This document shows, in pieces, positions 39,651 to 46,649 of a stretch of 46,649 bases of DNA. The number at the start of each line of letters is the position of its first letter. Positions within the stretch are counted from its first letter, which is position 1. The position numbers and the translations under genes were made by a program. The stretch is from Leptospirales bacterium (GTDB lineage: Bacteria > Spirochaetota > Leptospiria > Turneriellales > JAOUFE01), in NCBI GenBank assembly GCA_040326155.1, contig JBEQLE010000025.1, forward strand, positions 1-46,649, read 5' to 3'. Below the pieces are notes generated by a model. That model saw nothing but the letters and a program-made list of their open reading frames with translations. It had not been told where the DNA came from and searched no databases.

Positions 39651-40286
39651 TCATTTACCAAATTCATAACCGAAATATTCAATATCGGTTTTAAACTTTT
39701 TCGCTATAACATCGCGGGTTTTTTTATTGTAATATTCGGTATAATGTTTTCGCCCTTCGGGGTTAATGTTTTTGTGAGGAAGAGTTTCTGATATGCCCAG
39801 CTTTTCACGTATAACTTCCCAATCATTTTCAATAGTTTCAAACCGCCCAATATAATCTGCAAGTACAATTCCATTTGTATCGGTAAACCAATCGAGTTGG
39901 TTTCTGTGCGGGGACGGGTAAACGCATGTCGCCGAAGCGTACTGTATCCAATCAACGAATTCTACAAAGCTCATTTGTTGGGAAAGTTGAACACCTTCAC
40001 GCCTTTTGTATAAAGAGACGGTTCTGTCCCAGGGGTTTCTAACCAACCCGAATTTATAATACGATTTAAATTTTTCTTCGCCGTTTTTCTTTCGCTTCTT
40101 TTTTGGTATTATATAATTCAATATAGTCGCGGCCCCTCCATATTGTTGATGACCATAAATTATAGCAGCCTGCTTTTGTGCAAGGTCCATATGCGGCGGT
40201 CGTCCGGAGCCGATTATGCTGCGAATACTTGTAGTCCCCGTTTTTGGAACTTCCACAAAAATGCATCGATGTTTATGGGATATCAT
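39651..40286 (-). CDS. Sulfotransferase family 2 protein
   Basis: FVEVPKTGTTSI (5'-PSB), VRNPWDRTVSLY (3'-PB), YIGRFE, DIEYFGYEF. Confidence 0.9.
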   Translation of the reverse strand: MISHKHRCIFVEVPKTGTTSIRSIIGSGRPPHMDLAQKQAAIIYGHQQYGGAATILNYIIPKKKRKKNGEEKFKSYYKFGLVRNPWDRTVSLYKRREGVQLSQQMSFVEFVDWIQYASATCVYPSPHRNQLDWFTDTNGIVLADYIGRFETIENDWEVIREKLGISETLPHKNINPEGRKHYTEYYNKKTRDVIAKKFKTDIEYFGYEFGK

Positions 40287-40356
40287 AAAAAAATCTTATG
40301 GAATCGGCCATTACCCTGTCCAGCCGAAAAATTTCGATTGGCGTCGACCGCATATT

Positions 40357-40863
40357 CTATTGAGCAGCGAATAAGATTTCAATATCATTTAACACGGATT
40401 CAGGTAAATTACTTTGGTCAGAAGCCTTTATCTGTTTTTTCAGCATAACTTGCTCGCTTTTACTTATTGGCAATTTTCCCATTTTCAGTGCATGTATTTG
40501 CAACAGTAGGGCTTTAAATGCGAAGGCTGTGCTTGCCTGGGAGTTACCGCGTGTTAGTTCGATTTTACTTTGTTCGAATATCAGCTTTGAAGTTTCGATC
40601 AGTTTATCTTTGTCTTTTGTAATATTTGCATCGTATCCATCCATCATGCGTAGAAGAACCGGTAAATCGAATGAAGTTATAATTTGAATATTTAAACCGG
40701 ACAAACTTTTTAAAATTACTTTAATTACCTCTTCAGCTTCGTCGTAATTTTTTTCCTCCGTCAGGTTTAAAATTTTAGCAAAAACTAAATGCAACTTATT
40801 TACAAGCCGCATAATGTAATCTTCCTGTATCATATCGATGTCACCAACGAGAACGTCCCGCAT
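40357..40863 (-). CDS. DUF6483-like hypothetical protein
   Basis: MIQEDYIMRLV N-terminal motif (start probably 40833), helical. Confidence 0.7.
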   Translation of the reverse strand: MRDVLVGDIDMIQEDYIMRLVNKLHLVFAKILNLTEEKNYDEAEEVIKVILKSLSGLNIQIITSFDLPVLLRMMDGYDANITKDKDKLIETSKLIFEQSKIELTRGNSQASTAFAFKALLLQIHALKMGKLPISKSEQVMLKKQIKASDQSNLPESVLNDIEILFAAQ

Positions 40864-41115
40864 TGAATTAGATTGTCCACCCGAAAAAGTATTTACGCCT
40901 TCCTATTTAGTCGATACGGTTTATCGGAAATGAGAACATTTTTGTTGCAAATTCCAGGGTCTTGTGAAATAAAACGCAGGTTTTGCCTATTACACTGGTA
41001 TGAAGAACAAAAGCGTTTATTATAAATTGAGAGCCCAAGCACATGCACTTCACCTTCACTAGCTACGAGAGTACCGTCTACTGGTAAAAGCCGGAGCCAA
41101 GGGGGTTTGTTTTTT

Positions 41116-41143
41116 ACATGGACGCGATTCATTGCGTCCATGT
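41116..41143. repeat. REP-like palindrome
   Basis: ACATGGACGC-GATTCATT-GCGTCCATGT, 10-bp perfect arms. Confidence 0.6.
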
Positions 41144-41376
41144 CGGCTCAATTTCCATCCGCCCCCTTCCTGAATGAGATTCGATTATTTAGCAGACGGT
41201 TAATCATTCAAACTAATAAAGCGCGGAGGACACAATACATAAAAAATTATCTTGACCTATCTACATAATTATAGTTATAGTTAGGTGAAGTTAATATTGG
41301 AAACTTCACTCGCTAATCTATTTTAACTTCTAACAATTTTATAGTGAATCAATAGCACATTTTACAGGAGTATACG

Positions 41377-42663
41377 ATGAACAAAAAATTCAAAAAAACA
41401 ATGGTAACATTTTTAATAACAGGTCTGTTTGCGACAAGTTGGGCAGTCTTTATGGAAGATGGACCTTTTGCTACAGCATATAAAAGTATAAAAAAATATA
41501 AAGAAACTTCAGGCAGAGGTTGGTCGGTAAGCACATCGGCCAAAGGAAAAACCTATGTCATCGGGGTTCCTGCCGGTTTTAGCAAGAAAACAGCTGGCAT
41601 CAATAGTGGCGTTTGCTATCTGGAAGAAAAAGGTAAAAATGGAAGACTTGTACTTATGGGCGAGGGAATGATTAATTCCATGGCAGGGACAAGCGTTGCC
41701 ATCTCTCCGGATGGTAGTGTCGTCGCCGTAGGTGGACCAGGAATGAAGTCAACATCCAATGGCTACTTTTCACTTTTTGCAAGGCAAGGTTCAAGTTGGA
41801 AGGTTCCTGCAAAAGGGGTCGATATGTTAAGTGAAACCCTCGGTTTTGCCGGAGAAAAAGGGTGGAACTTAGGCGCCAAAGTAGATTTATCGAACAAAGG
41901 TAAAACAGTCGTAATGTCAGCTCCGGGTTTTAAAGGTTATGGAAGGGTTCAATATCTTGTTGCCCCAAGTGGCGGCTGGGCCAAGGTAAAAGACCCAAAT
42001 GATATAGTGATGGGAGTTCTAGGATTAGGTAAACCCAAAAAAGGAGATGAATTCGGCAGTAGCCTTGCCATTTCAGAGGACGATTCTACAATCGTCGTGG
42101 GAGCCCCTGGAATAGACGGAAACACTGGAGCTGTTTACCTTTTTACAAAACCAAAAAATGGATGGATAAATACGAAAAGTCTATACCGTCTACCAATCGA
42201 AGGACTAAAGAAAGGAGACCGCTTTGGCGAGAGTGTGGCCGTATCAAAAGACGGTTCGGTGATAATTGTAGGCACTCCGGGTAAAACAGGAAAATCAACA
42301 GGAAAAATTTATGTGTTCACTCTTAGCAAAAACAGTATCTCAACCACAACTTTAGGAAGTGCCTACGAAACCATTAATATGGGAATTTCATTGGCAATAT
42401 CGGGCGATGGCAAAACTATTGCTGCAGGTGAATATGGTAAAGATAAAAACGGAGGCGTTGTACTTTACAGGTTGAAATCGGGAAAATGGGAAAAAGGAGT
42501 GATCATCGCTCTGAACCATCTCCAATATCCAGAAATTGACGAACAGAAGAAAGGCGCTATGGTAGGATTTAGCGTTGATCTTACAGAGAATGGTTCGCAT
42601 GTATTATTTGGAGTTCCACTATTTGATCATGGCGAGGGCGATTACGATTGGTTTAAGCTATAA
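41377..42663 (+). CDS. Secreted FG-GAP-type beta-propeller protein
   Basis: Signal peptide; repeats FGSSLAISEDDSTIVVGAPG...GAVYLF and FGESVAVSKDGSVIIVGTPG; AGGAG RBS. Confidence 0.85.
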   Translation: MNKKFKKTMVTFLITGLFATSWAVFMEDGPFATAYKSIKKYKETSGRGWSVSTSAKGKTYVIGVPAGFSKKTAGINSGVCYLEEKGKNGRLVLMGEGMINSMAGTSVAISPDGSVVAVGGPGMKSTSNGYFSLFARQGSSWKVPAKGVDMLSETLGFAGEKGWNLGAKVDLSNKGKTVVMSAPGFKGYGRVQYLVAPSGGWAKVKDPNDIVMGVLGLGKPKKGDEFGSSLAISEDDSTIVVGAPGIDGNTGAVYLFTKPKNGWINTKSLYRLPIEGLKKGDRFGESVAVSKDGSVIIVGTPGKTGKSTGKIYVFTLSKNSISTTTLGSAYETINMGISLAISGDGKTIAAGEYGKDKNGGVVLYRLKSGKWEKGVIIALNHLQYPEIDEQKKGAMVGFSVDLTENGSHVLFGVPLFDHGEGDYDWFKL

Positions 42664-42686
42664 ATCTGCATCGTAATTTATAACAA

Positions 42687-43121
42687 TTAAAAAGAGGGGG
42701 GGCCATCGTTGTCTCCCCTTTGCTGGCCCTGACGCAAGAGCTGAAAGATGGTTTTACTCCACTCATCGTTACGGACGGCGCCTTCGCAAAATATTGGTTC
42801 AAATTTATCGTGAACTCGAATAAAAGTTTCCAACACCTCTTTATGTTTCATGGTCGCTTTATAAATGGCCGGGAACTTCTGTTTAGCCAATTGCAGATAT
42901 TTTAAAATATACAAAGTGAACTCAGCAAAAGAAACATATTCGTTGCTAAGGTCTTTTATAATTCCGGCTTTTACCATGCTTTGAGTAACTCGATAACCGT
43001 GATAATATGCATGGTATTCATCCAGCAATCCGAAAATACCAAATTGTCTAGAAGCCATGTACTGCGAACCGAGAATGTATGTATAGAGTCGAATCGTTTT
43101 AAATTTTTTTACCAAAGCCAT
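42687..43121 (-). pseudogene. 5'-truncated paralog of 45142-46218
   Basis: Shares GLLDEYHAYYH, EF..YILKYL..A and HDKF with 45142-46218 but lacks the signal peptide and the HExxH part. Confidence 0.75.
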
Positions 43122-43181
43122 ATCCTTTTTAGTATATGGATTTTTAGTATAGGTACCGGCATTTTTATCGCAGCTGTCGCC

Positions 43182-43658
43182 TCAAGTTGGAACGGAAACA
43201 ATCACCCATTTGCCATCAATTTTCTCAACAGTAGCTTCATCTTTCCCGCCGTCAACCCGGCCGTTAATTTCAATTTGTATAAATATTTTCACATAACGTT
43301 TATCTGTTTTATTGTTCTCGATGGCGATCAGTTGAAATTTAACAAACTTCCATTTTTCCATTTTTTGAAGCTTACGTATAAGCCGCTCCGACCACTGGTT
43401 TTCTGGGGGCAGAACTTTTTTCCAATCCTGGTCACCTCGAATTTTAGATGCGTAAAAATAGGTTAACAAAGAACCCGGAGTATTTTCCCATGTTGTAATT
43501 GACTTGGCCTCTTCTATAGTAATCATTGGACTAGCTTCATATTCGGTCCATTCATTATCATCACTAGAATAAATACCAGCATTGTGGACACCCAAAATAG
43601 CAAAGAACAGAAGGAACACGGACAACTTTTTAATATTTTTTAGATATAAGTTTTTCAT
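43182..43658 (-). CDS. Hypothetical exported protein (possibly NTF2-like)
   Basis: Signal peptide; TP...YF helix and C-terminal VEKIDGKWVI. Confidence 0.75.
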   Translation of the reverse strand: MKNLYLKNIKKLSVFLLFFAILGVHNAGIYSSDDNEWTEYEASPMITIEEAKSITTWENTPGSLLTYFYASKIRGDQDWKKVLPPENQWSERLIRKLQKMEKWKFVKFQLIAIENNKTDKRYVKIFIQIEINGRVDGGKDEATVEKIDGKWVIVSVPT

Positions 43659-43805
43659 TTTTTCACCTTTAGAATATTAATTTGATCTGGCAGCATACAA
43701 CGCAGGCACATTTATACAAGCAAATATTTAGACATCCTTTGCATGAAGGTATACAACATGGGGTCATTTGTCATATTTGTCAATGGATTCTTTAGCAATG
43801 CAAAA

Positions 43806-44297
43806 CTAGTTGCCTTTGCGTTCCCGGACTTTTTCCAGAAATTCGGACTGCCCGGATATAAACGATTGCAATCTTATTTTCCCCTGTGTTTTTGTTGGTA
43901 TGACCCACCACTGCATACTCTCTGAATAATAAGGTTCTTCCATGTCAGAAAATTTTATCTGTCGTGAAGAACGCCACGGGGAAGAACAATACGCCGTAGT
44001 ATCATCAAAACCGATTCTTACGAAAAAGGCTTCTAAAAACAGAGGTATCGCCAAAGCTCCAAAACCCAGTGCCATCATAAGAACTGGAAATTTGCCTTCG
44101 GGGTCCACATAAAACATTAATATACCAAGCGCACATGGGATCAAAACAAAAACAAATGTAAAAATTTTAAAGGTTCGACCATACTCCACCCACATCTTTC
44201 CATCTCGGGCTTGTGCGGGTACTTTTGCAGCTTTTACCAATGCTGAGAGCGCCAGCGGTACAATAATCGCTACTAATACGGGTCCTATCCAACTCAA
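43806..44297 (-). CDS. Hypothetical membrane protein (TMs plus PH-like C-terminus)
   Basis: Three hydrophobic segments; AAGGAG RBS before TTG. Confidence 0.75.
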   Translation of the reverse strand: MSWIGPVLVAIIVPLALSALVKAAKVPAQARDGKMWVEYGRTFKIFTFVFVLIPCALGILMFYVDPEGKFPVLMMALGFGALAIPLFLEAFFVRIGFDDTTAYCSSPWRSSRQIKFSDMEEPYYSESMQWWVIPTKTQGKIRLQSFISGQSEFLEKVRERKGN

Positions 44298-44456
44298 TTT
44301 AGTACTCCTTTCCTTGGTTTTCCAGAATTAAACCATCAAATTAATTTAATACCTATCTCAATATACATCATATTTCTTATTTTGTCGCTAATAACTTCAA
44401 AGCTTATTATGCGAAGTTCGACAATACATATTATCAACTGGTGTTGAGATATTATA

Positions 44457-44720
44457 TTAATATGCATTCTTCCGGTGAACAAATTCCGACAAAAATATTA
44501 TTTCTTCTTCCTCATCGACGGTATAAACTAATCGATAGTTTCCCACTCTATATCTATAAAATCCATCAAGGTTACCAACAAGTTTTTTAATATTCGGGCC
44601 ATAAAATGGATCCTTTCTAAGGACGGGGTAAATATCATTTCGTAATTTTTCATGGATTTTCCCAAGTTTCTTCTTGGTAATATTTTTTACAAAAGATTCT
44701 GTTTCTGCAATCCGGTACAT
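44457..44720 (-). CDS. RelE/ParE-family toxin
   Basis: IKKLVG...YRYRVGNYRLVYTVD...HRKNAY. Confidence 0.92.
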   Translation of the reverse strand: MYRIAETESFVKNITKKKLGKIHEKLRNDIYPVLRKDPFYGPNIKKLVGNLDGFYRYRVGNYRLVYTVDEEEEIIFLSEFVHRKNAY

Positions 44721-44968
44721 TAGTATACTATTTTGTATTTACCATTTTTGATATCATTCATGGATGATTTAATGTTTTTTAGAAACTCTTTATCCGAATT
44801 ATAAAAAGCCATTTCTTCATCGTCTACATAATTTTTTTCCAATACCTCGGAAAGTAAATGGGTTTCAATGAAGTTCGAAATTGTGCGATTTTCAGACTGG
44901 GCTGCTGATTTTATTTTATCATAATCAGTATCTTCTAATCTAACAGTGACAGTTTTGCTCATATTCAA
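44720..44968 (-). CDS. Ribbon-helix-helix antitoxin
   Basis: SKTVTVRL...IKSAA..ENRTISNFIE; TAATG overlap with the toxin gene. Confidence 0.85.
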   Translation of the reverse strand: MNMSKTVTVRLEDTDYDKIKSAAQSENRTISNFIETHLLSEVLEKNYVDDEEMAFYNSDKEFLKNIKSSMNDIKNGKYKIVY

Positions 44969-44999
44969 ATCCTTTCAATATAATTCATTTGTATTCAGC

Positions 45000-45028
45000 A
45001 ATGTACATAAAGCATTTTATAGGGTCAA
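45000..45028 (-). promoter_or_regulatory. TA operon promoter
   Basis: TTGACC-N17-TACATT, with the palindrome ATGTACAT over the -10. Confidence 0.55.
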
Positions 45029-45085
45029 GATATTTTGAAATTTTTTTACGACAATGCAAGTGTAATTTATGAATTTATGAATTGA

Positions 45086-45389
45086 AAAGGTTCCGAAAAC
45101 GACTTAGAGCAATTGATTGAAAAATCCAAAATATGAATTTTCTATTTACGTAATAACTCCATCATTTTTTGATATTCAGGTTTTTCGAGTTCTTTTTTCA
45201 ATATATGTATATCTTTAAAACCTGAACTCTTTTCAAATGCTTTTCCAAAATTTTCCGGCTTATAAACAGTCCCATTAAAACTATAACTATGGCTTCCTTC
45301 CAGTTCTTTTAAAAACAGCGCTCTTTCTTCTTCTATATGGGGTTCTACGAGAGCTGCAAACTTATCATGAATGAGTAAAAAAACTTTTT
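45086..45389. repeat. Direct repeat copy 1 (pairs with 46346-46649)
   Basis: Ungapped manual alignment at offset 1260 gives 18 mismatches in 304 nt. Confidence 0.95.
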
Positions 45390-46218
45390 TGAAATCTTTA
45401 TTTTTCATTATTCCTTTATAAATTTTGCGGTGTTTTTTCTGAGCATACATTAAGTATTTTAATATATAATATTTGAATTCATAAAAGGGAGGACCATGGG
45501 CGTTAAAAGTGTCTAATGCATATTTATCCATTACATGCAAACCGGTTATGAAGTCATGATAGTAGGCATGAAACTCGTCGAGTAAACCATACACCCCGTA
45601 AGTTTGTGTTGAACCCAAACCTCCGCTGGATGAAGGGTCAATATATGGTTCGAAGCGCATGGTTCGAAGTTCTCCGGTAATCTGCGAAACCAACTCTTTA
45701 GCGGGGTACGTTTGCGTAATTTCAACAACATGATGACCGGAATCCGTAAAATAAAAAGCGTACCCTTTAAATGGGCTCCGTATCCAGATTTCAGCGCCAG
45801 AACCAACTTCCACACCTTCCGGCGACTTAACTACCTTACCCTTATGTATCAATCCATATATGTCGGTGTAGGCATGATACGTTTCATGCACAATAGTAGG
45901 CAAAGCATTATCCAGATTTTCATAGAAACTATCGTTTATGTAGCGAAGATAAAAATCGGCTTTTTTATGGCAGTGTTTTTGAACAAAATCGGAAACAAAC
46001 TCAATGGCTTTATAACCTTGTTTGTCTTTTTTTTTCAGTATCTCCGCAACTTTTTTTATAAGTTTATCGGAATCTTTCATTTTATCAGGCATGATATAAT
46101 TAGAGCAGAATAAACCTGTCATCGTCCCGGACTGCTGCGCCTGTGTTTGTGAATGAAAAACACCTGCAATTAAAAAGATTATGAATAAAGCCAGACTTTT
46201 GTAGATGTTTCTTAACAT
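45142..46218 (-). CDS. Secreted hypothetical protein with HExxH (possible gluzincin-like metallopeptidase)
   Basis: Signal peptide; TIVHETYHAY; downstream GLLDEFHAYYH. Confidence 0.8.
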   Translation of the reverse strand: MLRNIYKSLALFIIFLIAGVFHSQTQAQQSGTMTGLFCSNYIMPDKMKDSDKLIKKVAEILKKKDKQGYKAIEFVSDFVQKHCHKKADFYLRYINDSFYENLDNALPTIVHETYHAYTDIYGLIHKGKVVKSPEGVEVGSGAEIWIRSPFKGYAFYFTDSGHHVVEITQTYPAKELVSQITGELRTMRFEPYIDPSSSGGLGSTQTYGVYGLLDEFHAYYHDFITGLHVMDKYALDTFNAHGPPFYEFKYYILKYLMYAQKKHRKIYKGIMKNKDFKKVFLLIHDKFAALVEPHIEEERALFLKELEGSHSYSFNGTVYKPENFGKAFEKSSGFKDIHILKKELEKPEYQKMMELLRK

Positions 46219-46291
46219 AAGAACACGTTTAAACCACTCGTAGATTTAGTCAATGATAATTCCCTGTTTTATGTTTGCCGTTCTGACCAGA

Positions 46292-46396
46292 AGTGAAACC
46301 GGAAAAGTCGATGGAGTGGCTGGGAATGTGGACTTAGACAAATTTAAAGGTTCCGAAAACGACTTGAAGAACCTGATTGAAAAATCCAAAAAATGA
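46292..46396 (+). pseudogene. C-terminal remnant of a GH25 lysozyme-like gene
   Basis: SETGKVDGVAGNVDLDKFKGSENDLKNLI resembles the GH25 end (WQY)S..G.V.GI.G.VDLN.F.G. A shorter copy lies at 45086-45136. Confidence 0.55.
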
Positions 46397-46649
46397 ATTT
46401 TCTATTTACGTAATAACTCCATCATTTTTTGATATTCAGGTTTTTTGAGTTCTTTTTTCAATATATGTATATCTCTAAAATCTGAACTATATTCAAAGGC
46501 TTTTCCAAAATCTTCCGGTTTATAAACAGTCCCATTAATACTATAACTATGGTTTCCTTCAAGTTCTTTTATAAACAGCGCTCTTTCTTCTTCTATATGG
46601 GGTTCTACGAGAGCTGCAAACTTATCATGAATGAGTAAAAAAACTTTTT
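46346..46649. repeat. Direct repeat copy 2
   Basis: About 94% identical to 45086-45389; continues to the window edge. Confidence 0.95.
46402..46649 (-). CDS. 3' end of a tandem paralog of 45142-46218 (partial)
   Basis: ...HDKFAALVEPHIEEERALFIKELEGNHSYSINGTVYKPEDFGKAFEYSSDFRDIHILKKELKKPEYQKMMELLRK*. Confidence 0.85.
   Translation of the reverse strand, partial: KVFLLIHDKFAALVEPHIEEERALFIKELEGNHSYSINGTVYKPEDFGKAFEYSSDFRDIHILKKELKKPEYQKMMELLRK

Noticed and set aside
45086..46649. Direct repeat as a DGR template/variable pair
   Set aside because: Mismatches are not unidirectional A-to-N (A in copy 1 at 4 sites, in copy 2 at 6, in neither at 2). Both copies look coding and there is no RT in the window
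1..46649. CRISPR array, tRNA or rRNA genes, integron integrase
   Set aside because: No regularly spaced repeats, cloverleaf or rRNA signatures, or tyrosine recombinase ORF seen by eye

Overview
AT-rich bacterial chromosomal segment. The gene content (SBBP beta-propeller lipoprotein, membrane-anchored AraC, many c-di-GMP and response-regulator genes) suggests a spirochaete, possibly Leptospirales-like; this is inference only. There are three zones. (1) 1-6100 is a decayed accessory island: a type I R-M locus with an open hsdM 5' end but internally deleted hsdR and RAYT genes, a REP palindrome, an SBBP lipoprotein behind a DUF4177-like stub, a group II intron D5/D6 remnant, a PIN toxin-antitoxin pair, an integron-type cassette with a truncated attC, and a nested multi-hairpin element. 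(2) 6278-39574 is a core/signalling region: dnaE, a redox plus GGDEF-EAL operon, a double-cyclase STAND-TPR protein, plsY, thiE, HD-GYP, HDOD, DsbD-like, crcB, an ECF sigma operon with a clear ECF promoter, MscS, EamA, NUDIX and a Cys-motif gene pair. This zone also holds a candidate sRNA, a 25-aa membrane peptide and several possible sigma28 leaderless promoters. (3) 39651-46649 is a second accessory region with a sulfotransferase, an FG-GAP propeller, a RelE-type TA pair and at least three copies of an uncharacterised secreted HExxH protein family. Two of those copies lie in a 1260-bp-offset tandem duplication with a variable C-terminal patch and GH25-like remnants. No rRNA, tRNA or CRISPR array was seen. 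All family assignments are by motif recognition, not database search.
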